Source: Eledone cirrhosa (taxonomy: Eukaryota). From it: a DNA stretch of 64,000 nt. Under the pieces are notes generated by a model. The model saw only the letters and a list, made by a program, of their open reading frames with translations. It was not told where the DNA came from and ran no database searches. The stretch covers positions 98,332,001-98,396,000 of the forward strand of contig OZ024741.1 in the NCBI GenBank assembly GCA_964016885.1, given 5' to 3'. The translations under genes were made by a program, and so were the position numbers. This document shows, piece by piece, positions 31,561-44,886 of this stretch. Each line of letters starts with the position of its first letter. Positions within the stretch are counted from its first letter, which is position 1.

Positions 31561-32758
31561 GGACTAAAACCGAAAAAGATGCTACGAAATATTCAGAAAC
31601 AATACGAAAAAACATATCCCAGAAGTATCCATCCTTTCCCCTGTTGCAGAAATTATAAAGTGGAATCTTAAGAAAGAGCTAATCCTTTAAGTCATCATAT
31701 AGATGATCAGTGTTGTTAACAAAATAAGCATTATATTCACAAAACTGTAACAAAAAGTATGTCCCATGATAGATATGGCGTTTTTACAATAACACATTTG
31801 AAAGCTTCTAAACTTTAGGTGTATGAAGCCTCTCTTGCCTAATATATGAACTACTCACGGTGTAACGGAAGAGTATGTATAACCGAAGTACACAGTTATA
31901 ATTTCTCTTCAGCACGCCGTCCGAATCGCTTTCATGACGCACGCTTTTTTTGAGAATTTTCCTGCTTTGGCAGGAGTTGGATAGGGTGTTACCTCAATTT
32001 TTTTGACCAAAAAATATAAAAATGTATCACAATTTCAACATAATGTTCATATATTTGGGTCCATGGTTGAAATATAATGAAGTGTTCCTTCTCCAGGGCA
32101 AAGACGAAAGTCTTATGTCCTCTTTCTAACAACATTTTAAAACAAAAAAATATCTAAATGGATTCACACAAGCAAAACTTAAGGAGCGTAAACAGGCGTA
32201 ACATTTCGTTCAGATACAAACAACAACAACGATAATAATAATAAAAGAATGTTATTATCATTGATATTATTATTATTACCATCATCATCGTCAACAACAT
32301 CATCATCTTCATTATTGTAATTAAATTTTAAAAATCACACTTCATTTTTAACGAGCATCCTCAAGGGTCTCACAATAAATATTAATTGTTATTAATGGAT
32401 AAACATTACCTACACTTGAGATGAAACCCCTTTATTGGTTGCCGCAGGAGAATTATTAAAAATATGAAAAACACGATAAATGATTCAGAAGACAATCTAA
32501 TATTTGGAAATGTTCCTAATATGAAGTGACCTTGTAACAATGTTAAAAAATGCTGCAAAATGGTTGAGAGAAAACATCTGACATGAGTGTTCGGCATACT
32601 AAATTCAATCAACATATCTTACTCGACTTATCACCTTTATTTGTTTTAGATTTTAAACAATCTTGAAGTTTTATTTATTTATGTATTAAGTAATCTAATT
32701 TATTATGCAAATGCTCCCTGAAATATATTTTCTTAGCTATGTTATTGATATTTCTAAG

Positions 32759-32944
32759 GGCGGTGGATTGGCAGTTTCGGTAGAGGGTCGGACGCCATTC
32801 TTTGACGCATAGAGTTATGGCCCTTGCCATTCTGAGTTCAAATCCCGCCGAGGTTAACTTTGCCTTTCATCCTTACGAGGTCGATAAAATAAAGTACCAG
32901 TAATCTACTGGGTAATTGCTGGCCTTGTGCCAATAGTAGAAACA
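32759..32944 (+). mobile_element. tRNA-derived SINE with 18-bp TSD
   Basis: Same family as 30094; TSD gttattgatatttctaag at 32741-32758 / 32945-32962. Confidence 0.85.
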
Positions 32945-33131
32945 GTTATTGATATTTCTAAGCAGTATCGGTGTATTCCTTCTCTTATTATACATAGTGA
33001 TTACTCTTTGTTGTAGCAATTAGTTTTCAGAAGCAAATCAATTCTAATATGCAATACACAAACAGATCCAAAGATCCAAATAAGGAGATGTTCGATTGTG
33101 TGTCTGATAACAAATGTAGGCATAAATATTC

Positions 33132-33165
<34 letters not shown>

Positions 33166-33256
33166 ATGGGTAGGGGTACGAGTGTGTTTGTGTATCCATG
33201 TATGTATGTGTGTAAATGTGAGTGCATGTGTTATATGTATGAATATGTGTGCATCC

Positions 33257-33293
<37 letters not shown>

Positions 33294-33301
<8 letters not shown>

Positions 33302-34146
33302 CGTAAAATAAGAAAATTATAAAATTAACTCACTTACTTAAACTTCACTCCCAACTAATTAGTTTCTGAAAGGGATTAAACGTACTATCCGAAGAACGCA
33401 CGGAGAAGCCTTTCGTCATCAGGGAAGTCTATTCTCAGCTAAGTTTCCAGGCAATACGTGGACACAGGGAACTTATACAAAAATGATTCAGTGGATGGAA
33501 AAAGCAAAGCGAGGACTAATTCCAAGCCATTGATAAAATCACTGCCTACTGCGTCGGTGGCAAATTCAAAAGAATCAATCACGTGACATCGAGGTCAATC
33601 AGTGGATAGTGGTTTGTTAGTAAGACAGCGGCCGTACTGCTACTATAGCAGCAGTCTTGGCCATTTTTGCTCGACAAATAATTTTGGAGATAATTATAAA
33701 GAATTAGTATATCTAGTAACATATATATACACAGATGCATACCTATGTTAGCAAATATATAGTCTTTGTCTTAGTAACTATGTGGTTCAATGCATGGGTT
33801 GCAGAACAATAATATGAGAGACGTAAAATAATAACATTATCCCCAAAATTATTTGTTCCCTGTGTCCACGTATTGCCTTGAAACTTAGCTGAGAATATAC
33901 TTCGCTGATGACGAAAGGCTTCTCCGTGCGTTCTTCGGATAGTACGTTTAATCCCTTTCAGAAACTAATTAGTTGGGAGTGAAATTTAAGTAAGTAAGTT
34001 AATTTTATAATTTTCTTATTTTACGTCTCTCATATTATTGTTCTGCAACCCCATGCATTGAACCACATAGTTACTAAGACAAAACCTATATATTTGCTAA
34101 CATAGGTATGCATCTGTGTATATATATGTTACTAGATATACTAATT

Positions 34147-34151
<5 letters not shown>
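33294..34151. mobile_element. Retrozyme-like element, family C (520-nt unit plus inverted partial unit)
   Basis: gagagacgtaaaataa at 33296 and 33816; ~33855-34151 inverted; hammerheads 33347-33428 (-) and 33899-33980 (+); (TA)n flanks. Confidence 0.8.
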
Positions 34152-34185
<34 letters not shown>

Positions 34186-34236
34186 TGTTTCTACTTTTTT
34201 GGCACAAGGGCAGCAATTCCTCAGTGTATTACTGGT

Positions 34237-34290
<54 letters not shown>

Positions 34291-34345
34291 TATATATATA
34301 TTTATATATATATATATAATGTCTGTATATATGTATTTGTCTGTA

Positions 34346-34515
<170 letters not shown>

Positions 34516-35146
34516 CTGTATATATATATACAGGCATACCTATGTATAAGTATATATATATATGAATGTGTTTGATTTACTTTATACTTATCACTATTTA
34601 TTCTAATATCTCCATTTATTCTATTAGTATAGCTTAAGTTATTAGTTTCTTACTTACTGACCTTCTTTTCGTTATTGATATATTTATTACTGAATTATGC
34701 TTCCATGATTTTGTATTATTTTTCTTAATATATTCATTTAATGTTAGTCTTATAATTATTGCTACTTCAATCAATATGTATTATCAAACCTATATGCTCT
34801 TGTTGTATGCCTATAATATTATTTTATGAGTAATATATATTTATCAATGGGTAAAGCTTTAGCATAATATCTATAGCTACCGCAGGCTATGTCTTTATTA
34901 CTATTCAATGTTTAATTTCGTGTTAAGTCTTCCATAACGTTTTGCTAACTTATTTTAATTCTATTTACCTTTTCGGACTTGCGTAATATTTGCACATGTG
35001 TTTGGTAAATATTTATATTATTTATGTCATCTAATAGTTTCTGATGAAATCAATACACCTGGAATGGATAATCCTGTTGTGTTTATAGAAGCATTCGTCG
35101 ATCAGTTAAATAATTTAATGTAATTTAATCCTGGTTATTATTATTC

Positions 35147-35200
<54 letters not shown>

Positions 35201-35673
35201 TGTGTTATTGTGAAACTACTGTGATTATATATTTTCCAGCTGTGCCTACACCATCGTGAGGTTAAAGTTAAGGCAGTTAGATAATCCTGCACCATGCAGC
35301 AGAAACCAATAGCAGTTAAGGCAAGTTAACTTACCCTTTTTTCCTCTTTCCAGTGTGAGGTCAATTTTTACACTTTTGCCAACAACAAGAAGCAACTTTG
35401 TACAGATTATTACAGTGTGCTCGCTACCACAATTCTGATCCTCCCATGATGAACTGTTAGCCGTCAATTACTTTTGCATTTAATTCCCGATTCTTATTCA
35501 TCCCGAGGAAATAGAATGTGGGTCTGTGGTCGTCTATGAATATGTACATACATACATATAATACACACACACATTTCCAAGAGATGTCAACATGAATGGA
35601 CCAGTTATTTTTATCTAAAGACATTTTTTTCGATTCCGCCCCGCCCGTCGCTTCAATGTATCTTATTTCTCAT

Positions 35674-35713
35674 CCTTTTTTCTGATGAAGGACTAGCGTC
35701 CGAAACGTTAAGG
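35674..35713 (+). ncRNA. Minimal hammerhead motif in a PLE-type tail
   Basis: tttt-CTGATGA-aggac tagc gtcc-GAAAC-GTT-aagg; palindromic AACGTT. Confidence 0.6.
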
Positions 35714-35835
35714 CCCTCTTCCTGCTATTTCAAGCATTAACCTAATATATTCATTCCTACACCGATTGTGTTGTTATTTCTGTTTACCTTTTACACACAT
35801 ACACACAAACACCCTCAACCCCCCACCCCCACACA

Positions 35836-35899
<64 letters not shown>

Positions 35900-35918
35900 T
35901 ATATATATGTATATATAT

Positions 35919-36129
35919 AATGAAGGAGGTGTGGTAGGAACCAGACCATAACGCACCACAGTACTCAATACTTAGGGTAGTAGAGTGTGCAGTAGGAAAA
36001 TATTTAACCCCGACGGCAGAGCTCAAGCCGTTTCCACGGGTATTTCTGGACTATTTGAGTCTATTTCTGGCTATTTGAGTCCAGAAATAGCCGTCGAAAT
36101 GGCTTGAGCTCTGCCGTGGGATTAAACAT

Positions 36130-36135
<6 letters not shown>
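35919..36135. mobile_element. Short fold-back derivative of the 3' end of the 36173-38805 PLE family
   Basis: Similar to the reverse complement of 38665-38805, then folds back (ccagaaatagccgtcgaaatggcttgagctc); related pieces at 38868-38940 and 39267-39400. Confidence 0.65.
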
Positions 36136-36176
<41 letters not shown>

Positions 36177-36367
36177 AACCAGTAAGACCCCGACAGCTGA
36201 GCTCAAGTCGTTTCGACAGCTAATTCTGGACTAAATGAAAATTTATCCTGGTATTTAAATAGCCGATCTTCTCAAGGGGTAATTCCATATATGGTCAAAG
36301 TGATTGTCAAAAATCAGTAGTAATTCTGTGGTTGCAAATTAGTAGGGGAGATGGTGGCTAAACCTGC

Positions 36368-37502
36368 ATTCGGTGGTGGGTTGTACCGTGATGATGGGCT
36401 CCTTACCCTTAAAGGGTACAACCCCAGTAGTACAGATCGGGTCCGGAAACAATTAATCAGATTCTTCCGCGACTGGGGATTTAAAATAACCCTACAAACG
36501 TCCCTGACCCGAGTAAACTTCCTGGACGTGACCCTCGACCTCGAAAACGACCTGTACTACCCATACAGGAAACCTAATGACAATCTGCACTACATCCACC
36601 GCCGATCAAACCATCCTAGGAACATCACAAACAACCTGGTCAAAAACATCTCCCTCCGCATATCCCGTTTGTCAGCTAATGAGCGGATATTCGATGAACA
36701 TGCGCCTTATTACAACCAGGCCCTCACGCGGAGTGGTTTCCGGGAGGAAATATCCTACTGTCCAGCTCCCATTAGCGGAACCAGCAGGAGACACCGCCGC
36801 TCACGTAATGTAACATGGTTCAATCCTCCCCACAACGCAGAGGTGACAACTCCCATCGGGAAACTCTTCTTTAGGCTCATTGAAAAACACTTCCCATTAC
36901 AACACTGCTACCACAACATAATTAACAAAAATACAATCAAACTCTCTTACAGCACTACACCAAACTTCGCACAAAACATCGTCTCCTCTAACAACAAAAA
37001 ACTCAACCCCGATGGCAGTAATAACCTAAATAGCAGTGGAGAACCGACCAGGAGGTGTAACTGCCCGGATAGATCTATTTGCCCACTCGACAATAGATGC
37101 AGAGACCGTAATGTGATCTACCAGTGCAACGTGAGGACGGATACCTCCAACAAAGCCTATATAGGACTTACCGCATGTGACTTCAAGACCCGGCTATACC
37201 AACATAGACATACCTTCCGAAACCCGGCCCGGCGTCACGCCACTACACTTTCGGGCCACATATGGGACCTCAAGGACAACAACATCACCTATGATCTCAC
37301 TTGGAGATTACTGTCCAGAGCCAATTCTTACACGGGAGGACGCCGTCCGTGCAATTTATGCTCGGAGGAAACTTTACAAATGCTGTTTTCGACGGACCAA
37401 CTCCTAAACAAGAAAGATGAACTGGTTACTGCATGTAAACATAGATTGCGTAGGACTTACCTCGCCCTCAAACCCCATAATGACCCGGGGGGAGGGGGGT
37501 AG
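36368..37502 (+). CDS. PLE RT C-terminal half + GIY-YIG (5'-truncated, otherwise open)
   Basis: GLYRDDGL, FLDVTLDL, SNHP, WFNPP, CNCx5CPLDNRC, NVIY..YIGLT..FKTRLYQH, CNLC, CKH. The ATG at 36351 comes from the inverted pLTR. Confidence 0.88.
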
Positions 37503-38617
37503 ACTAGGGCTATAACACCCCACTTGCCGATTTTGCAATGGGTAACCCCTGCTTGCCAAGGAAGACGTAAGATCTTCTTTGTATTCTTTTATCGCTTCCT
37601 TTATTTCCTTCCCCCCTCTCTCCTTAGTCCTTCTACCCCAGCTCTTCTCCTTTGTCGGCGTCTTTTCTCGCCCACCCGAGGCTGCCCTTTGGCCCCATGT
37701 AGCCTTAGTACCCCCACCACCCCTTCCCCTAGTCTATGATAGATTTGGCGGACTCCGCCCTTTATAGCAGTTGGCTTAGACCCCGGATACTTGCCCCCTT
37801 TTTCCGACCGCTCCCACTATTCTCTGTGCCCTCTATATTTCTTAGTGGCACTTATGCCTTATTTTTTCGTTTCAGTATTTCTTGCTTCGCTTTTCTTCTG
37901 GGCGGGGTGGATTCTGAATTTATTTCTCCGTATTCTACCTTTATTTCGTACGAACTTTCATGTAGCTTGTTTTTGATCTTTTAGAGTTAGCATTAGTATA
38001 TATTTTTCTCGGGACTCAGAATTATTATCTCGTACAAGTTCACTTTGCTGCACTGGGTCGTTGCTGGCCCGGGATGGAAACCTTTATTGTTTATTTCGTG
38101 GTAGTCTCTTTAGTATTTTGGCCCCTTTTGTTGACCCGTCACCGTATCATTTACGTACTTATACCTCTTAAAAGGGTCCTTGCCTATCCGTCCCACCTAG
38201 TTCTTTTACTTATTTCGTTATTTATTTATTTATTTATTTTTTTCTTTACTTCTTTCTTTCTTTCTTTATTTTATTCTAGCCTAACAATAGCCTGAGACCT
38301 AGGTCGTAGAATTTAATTTACTTTACTTTTTTCTTTACACTTACTTGCTTTTCTTCACTCTCAGTATTTTTTCTTTCCTATATATTTCTACCCCCCATTG
38401 TTCTACCTACCGTTCCGACTTCCTCCCCCTCCCCCTCCCCTGTATCTTCTTTGACCTCATGCCCAGCTGTAGCTGGCACTACCAACGCTTGATTGGGTCT
38501 ACTCCACCCCCTCCCCTCTTTCTCCTACTGGCAGGTTTAGCCACCATCTCCCCTACTAATTTGCAACCACAGAATTACTACTGATTTTTGACAATCACTT
38601 TGACCATATATGGAATT

Positions 38618-38711
38618 ACCCCTTGAGAAGATCGGCTATTTAAATACCAGGATAAATTTTCATTTAGTCCAGAATTAGCCGTCGAAACGGCTTGAGCTCA
38701 GCTGTCGGGGT
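38618..38711 (+). ncRNA. Hammerhead ribozyme with U3:A8 core (inverted copy 36187-36280)
   Basis: acccc-TTGAGAA-gatcggcta..tagccgtc-GAAAC-ggc ttgagctca gct-GTC-ggggt. Confidence 0.75.
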
Positions 38712-38802
38712 CTTACTGGTTCCTATTACCCACTCTACTACCTCAAGTATTGAGTACTTTGGTGCGTTATGGTCCACCTGGTTCCTTACCACATTTCCTT
38801 CG

Positions 38803-38870
<68 letters not shown>

Positions 38871-38937
38871 AAATAGTCAGGACACCGACGGCAGAACTCA
38901 AGCCGTTTCAACAGCTATTTCTACTCTACTACCCAAC

Positions 38938-38972
<35 letters not shown>

Positions 38973-39156
38973 AAAATGGAACGGGAACAAAACAGACGCA
39001 GTACGAACAAATGTTTATTAGTTTCACGGTCTTGAGAGTGTGGTGGGGTGGGGAACGACGTTTCGGGCATAAGCCCTTCTTCAGGCGAAAAGTGTGTGGG
39101 AAGAGAGTTCCAAGGGTGTGTGGGGGAGTGGGGGAGAGACATTTAGAAAAGAGGGG

Positions 39157-39203
<47 letters not shown>

Positions 39204-39668
39204 GTTTTACTGCATCCATTCTGATATCTATATATATATATATCAGAATGGATGCAGTAAAACCCAGCTAGACTATTACACACCAGAGTACTCGATACTT
39301 GGAGTAGTGGAGTGGGTAATATGAAAATGTGCGACCCCGATGGATGAGCTCATGCTTTTGAAACGGCAGTATCTCAGCCGTCGGGGTCCCGAATTTTCAT
39401 ATATATATATGTGTGTGTGGTGCGTGTGGGTAGGTGCACGTGTGCATGTCAATATATAAAATTAAATTTAGAAAACAGTTACACCTTATGCAAATTTTGT
39501 CGAGACCAATCTTGCCTTAGAATTTACAAATGAAGAAAGGTTGGTCTCAATTAACTTTGAAGCATTTGCATCACTTTTATATCCCTAGTAATATATGAAG
39601 AAATATTATGGCTTTTCACACAAGATGGAAAATTGAGTTCTCTACCCTTGGCTATTCAAATAGATACA

Positions 39669-39744
<76 letters not shown>

Positions 39745-40198
39745 TGTATAATGTGTGTATTCGTGTGTGTGTGTATGTGTGTGTGTGTGTTTGAGCGTGT
39801 GCAGGTTAAAAGAAACCTGTTCTCAAACGCATACACATGGAGTTCAGAGATTGTGATCTCTTATATTGCCAAATAAAATAGATAAATTTCGCTTAATGTC
39901 AACAGTTGAATCTGCAAGATAAAAGTCATCCCATAAAAGTACCGTTAATGTGACTCAGATACTGCTATCGTTCGGGAAATGAGTTGGAGCAGAACATTGC
40001 TGAAAGTTCTTTTACATCACGGTTGCACTATATTAGCATTACATACAGCTCCATTTTTATGTTCTGACATCAAGTATGGCATTTTCATTTGGAGCGTCCA
40101 GAATTATTAAAATACTTCCTAGTAAAGTTTTTGGTTTCACTTCAGTTGAGTACTGCACCCACTTTTATACATGTGTAGTATAGATACGAATGCAATAA

Positions 40199-40250
<52 letters not shown>

Positions 40251-40257
<7 letters not shown>

Positions 40258-40618
40258 GTTGAGAAGGTAACACACCAGAGAGAGTTACACACGCTGATGA
40301 ACCGAGACTACCATTTCTTTCAACAAATTTTCTGGTGAAACATATCTTTGGATTTGTACGTGTGTTATTTAGTTATAGAGGTATTTATTTACGCTTTAAT
40401 TTATATTTTTAATTATCGTGTCTATAGTCTGCCTTTCATAGGTTATAGAATCCATACACTGGTGGTTTTTTCCCTGTATTATTGATAACGCACTATATAT
40501 CTCTCTCTGGTGTGTTACCTTCTCAACATATTATATTTTAAAGGGCTCAGGATCTCTTCCCCTTTGAGCACATTATTTACAGGGAATAACGACGGCCTAT
40601 GCCTCCGTTAATTTATCG
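40251..40618 (+). mobile_element. Short non-coding element with inverted end and canonical hammerhead
   Basis: 40251-40283 is inverted at ~40501-40535; (TA)n flanks. Confidence 0.65.
40287..40365 (+). ncRNA. Type I hammerhead ribozyme
   Basis: acacacg-CTGATGA-accgaga..tctggt-GAAAC-atatc ttt ggattt-GTA-cgtgtgt; 7-bp stem I. Confidence 0.85.
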
Positions 40619-40645
40619 TATATATATATATATATATATATAAAT

Positions 40646-40717
<72 letters not shown>

Positions 40718-40997
40718 CCCACTCACAATGCAAAGTGGTCGTGGAGGTGTCACGACAAAAAGCACCCAGTCTACATTGAAAATTGGTGGTGTAGGCGCCA
40801 AGGCAAAAAAGCACCCGGTACTCACTGTAAATGAGTTTGGTGTTAGGAAGGGCATCCAGCTGTAAAAATCAAGTCAAAATCAGTTCCCGTATCAGCAAGT
40901 CAAGGACAGCCGACCGGGCACTGCACACAACAGGGCAACCCGTCTAACCCATGCTAGCGTGGAAGAATGGGCGTAAAACGTTGATGATGATGATGAT
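40718..40997 (+). mobile_element. SINE/RTE-like 3' fragment with (GAT)n tail
   Basis: gttaggaagggcatccagctgtaaaaa..aacccatgctagcgtggaa..taaaacg(ttgat)(gat)n; resembles RTE-associated SINE tails. Confidence 0.55.
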
Positions 40998-41002
40998 ACA
41001 TT

Positions 41003-41029
<27 letters not shown>

Positions 41030-41033
<4 letters not shown>

Positions 41034-41635
41034 AGTGTAATTTACTACACAAAACGAAGGTTATAGAGAAAATTGAGGTTGGTAATGGCACATGGAATAT
41101 ATAAGAGACAGAATACTTTTTTGTGAAAAAATATATAATTTTATAAGGTAAGGAAATAATAAAGGGTATAAAAAATGACCGGTTTCGATGGGTCTGCAAA
41201 AGCCATCTTTTCAAATGTTGATTAATATTAAGAAAAATTAATAATAAGAAGAGTTAAAATTTGAGATTTGAAAATTCAAGTATAAAATTCATTGTGGGAT
41301 GTCACAGTAGTTTTCATCTTGGTAGCAGCTCGTTTAGCAGCTCGTTGACTGCTGGGTCCCTTTCTGGAGTCAACGAGCTGCTACCAAGATGAAAACTACT
41401 GTGAAATCCCACAATGAAATTATACTTGAATTTTCAAATCTCAAATTTTAACTCTTCTTATTATTAATTTTTCTTAATATTAATCAACATTTGAAAAGAT
41501 GGCTTTTGCAGACCCATCGAAACCGGTCATTTTTTATACCCTTTATTATTTCCTTACCTTATAAAATTATATGTTTTTTCACAAAAAAGTATTCTGTCTC
41601 TTATATATTCCATGTGCCATTACCAACCTCAATTT

Positions 41636-41640
<5 letters not shown>
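41030..41640. mobile_element. ~575-bp palindromic element with UUGAAAA-core hammerheads (41172-41219 -, 41486-41533 +)
   Basis: Near-identical inverted arms ~41065-41350 / 41368-41640; aacat-TTGAAAA-gatgg..ccatc-GAAAC-cg-GTC-atttt. Confidence 0.75.
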
Positions 41641-41727
<87 letters not shown>

Positions 41728-41929
41728 TCAATGAATAAGTTTCTATATGATTGCTTATTCTCTTACTCGCATTCTAAGTTCTTCTTGAAAAATGAAAATA
41801 CCTTTTTATTCATACTGCATAAATTATGTTTTAAAAGACGGCTAGAACCAATTCATTTGACCAGAGGTCCATGTGACTTTGGCTAACTTGAGGTGAAAAG
41901 AATAACAACTAATAGTCACATAATTGATG

Positions 41930-43400
41930 GTGTCGATTAATGATCTCATCGGAATGTATACACGCCTTTCAAATCCTTAAAAATGCCCCTCCTCTCGATC
42001 AAGAATCTTGATTGCTTCGAAGAGACATAACAGGCCCCATCAAAAAGGTATGTTTTTGACAATGTTCTAACTCTTTTCTAAACACATTAATTAATTTTAT
42101 GACACACTTCAAACAATCCCTTGACATATATCTGAAATAAGCCCCACCTCATACCAAAGACTGTTGTCTAACATAAGCATTAAAAGATACAAGAAAACAA
42201 ATACCGCAACATAAAACAACGTAAGCCCTGAAACGAAACCACTTATCAAAATATACAAATCCGGTAGGACCACCGCCTGTTGGGCCCTTCTGCCAAACTT
42301 TAGCATCACAAGACCGATTGCTAAGGGAAAAATAGGAATAATTCGTAATCGTATTCTCGAAAATATCAAATCCGAAATTAGAAGGACCTCAGACAAACCG
42401 TCATCACCTGATTCCACCACATCGATAATAAAGTGGCCTACATGCATTTCGTTATCGTGGACTTTTGTTCTTCCTTATCGAAACCATTTCAACTTACGGA
42501 AATTTCGGGAAATAATTCACCAGAATCAACGTCCTTGAGTGAAATGCAAGCGGCCCCAGTATTTGAGGTAAACATGAAGGGCTACGACGGGGCTGATTTC
42601 GGTTATATTGTCGATTTATTAATCATCGTATGCTAATGAAATTGGCACACTTCTCATTTTCATTCTAAATTTCTGAGTGTTTGACTTAAACATTAGTGTT
42701 ACCACCAACTTAGACATCACAATGGATCTGAAGATAGCAATTGTTATATTTATAAGAAGATTAATCAGGAAACCGTTTATATTATTAAGATTTACACTGC
42801 ACCAAAGAACGTGGCACAAATGAAAAGCCGTTTTAGCAAAATATTTGTATGCGTATAGAATACTTTACCCGCTCCAAAAAAAGTTTTAAACGTAATTTCC
42901 TGTAATCCTTCATTTAATCTCAACAAATCCACTAATACAACTAAAACATTGTTCTTTCTAATTAGAAACCACTTCCCAAACAGTCATATATACCTTAATG
43001 TCTTCATATGGAATAGCATTATAGTTAGCTAGTCCTACATAGATAGTATCAGTTCCTACATGCCACATTTCACCAGATAACACACACTTATACAACCTCC
43101 AGTGCGCACAACCAGCTGCAGATGTAGAAACCATGTATACAAGGTGCTCTGGTGAGATTCTGCATTTCAAGCAGCACCGTTGAGTTTAGAGTTACATTCA
43201 CCGCCCTCTCCTCCCAGATTATATCGCGAGGGAAACACAGGCCAAACAGCCAACGATTTCAAAGGCAGAATCACTCGTCATATAAAGCATTCAGTTACAG
43301 GGAAAAATTTACCTCCTAGTCTGTTTTATCTGGAATGTCCAAAACCAAGGGAGCATTATCGTCAACATCACATAGATCATATTTGACAGGGTGCTCTATT
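41930..43400 (+). pseudogene. Heavily decayed PLE remnant
   Basis: DLIGMY (cf. DLIGIF/DLVGIY), HPP-like region, GQTANDFKGRITRH (GIY-YIG helix). Confidence 0.5.
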
Positions 43401-43774
43401 AGCCACCCTGTGCTCTCAATTGTCGATTTCACCTCAAAATGCGGCAGTACATATTGAAACAGCGATCATGTCCATCAACGTGAAGACCGATATGTGGTTT
43501 TCTACCATATTAGAAACAACACGTGAACCTATTTAAGACGTTAATGAATATATAAGCAATGTGAGAATATGCTAAACACAATGCCTGTTTTGTTTTGTTC
43601 AAATATGTTTGCAATACACTTTCCTCGTTAGTGATTATCTAAAACTGCCACATTTTGACAAGATTCAACAATGTAAATATGTACCATTTATCTCGTATTT
43701 CATAATATTTGAGTGCTCCTTCTTTTGTTATATGACACTTGTTCAAACACCTGCGCACACACATACACACACAC

Positions 43775-43819
<45 letters not shown>

Positions 43820-44373
43820 TATGTATTATTTATGTATATATATAATATAGATATATAAAAATAATATAAGTGTTTGTGTGTATGTGTGCATATGTATGTG
43901 TGTATGCGTGCATAAGTGGGTGTGTGAGAGAGAGATTATGTATGTGTGTCTCTGTATCTACGAGTTTGAATACATGCAAATATAACTGTTAAAATATATA
44001 CAATTACATTGTTATCTCCCATCGCATCTCTGAATGCATACAACAAGATTTCTCTTTGGTATGAATAATAAACAAACAGTCTGAGGAGAGCACATATTCC
44101 CAATCATACACCAATCCGAGAACATCAACAGCACCCACTCTATCTACAACATACAACCCCATTCCGTAATCTCCCTCCATTAATGTAGACTAGTTATAAT
44201 CAGTCTCGTTTAACAAAGGCTAAGTCTAAACTTTATAATAGATGGAAGCTTAAGCGCAAACAAATAAACGAGTAAAACAGAAATAACTTGTCATAAGTAT
44301 CTTGTCGCTTAATTCCAATAAAGTATATAGTGACTGTAAATAATAGTAATAATAATAATGAAGATGATAATAA

Positions 44374-44561
44374 TTGTTTCTTCTTTTGGCACAAGGCCAG
44401 GAATTATCCCAGTCCATTACTGGTACTTTATTTTATCGACCCCGTAAGGATGAAAGGCAAAGTTAACCTCGGCGGGATTTGAACTCAGACCATAAAGGGC
44501 CGTAACTCTAAGCGTCAAAGCATGGTGTCCGACCCTCTACCGATACTGCCAATCCACCGCC
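44374..44561 (-). mobile_element. tRNA-derived SINE with 19-bp TSD
   Basis: Reverse complement of the 30094 family; TSD ataatgaagatgataataa at 44355-44373 / 44562-44580. Confidence 0.85.
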
Positions 44562-44823
44562 ATAATGAAGATGATAATAATAATTATGCTTTCATTTATT
44601 GGCCACAAGGGCCGACATATATAATAATAATAAGGATAACATCTGAATCCTACAAAGTAACAGTTTATAATATTCACATAAAAAATAATATAATATAAAA
44701 TATGACATACACAATCAGACAAAAACATAAACATGTTCACATACTCAAATACAGACACATAGACTCCTCCTTCTCTCTCTATATATACACATGTGTGTTT
44801 ATGTCACTCTATGTATATAAGTT

Positions 44824-44880
<57 letters not shown>

Positions 44881-44886
<6 letters not shown>

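Larger units (their letters stand above)
36173..38805 (+). mobile_element. 5'-truncated PLE with inverted terminal segment
   Basis: 36173-36367 is the reverse complement of 38531-38725; ORF resumes abruptly at FGGGLYRDD; (TA)n at both ends. Confidence 0.9.

Noticed and set aside
35035-35106. Hammerhead at ctgatga..gaagc attc gtc
   Set aside because: GAAA is mutated and stem I does not pair; at best a decayed pLTR ribozyme.
36351-36367. ATG start for the 383-aa ORF
   Set aside because: It lies in the inverted pLTR segment fused to a truncated RT; a chance fusion.
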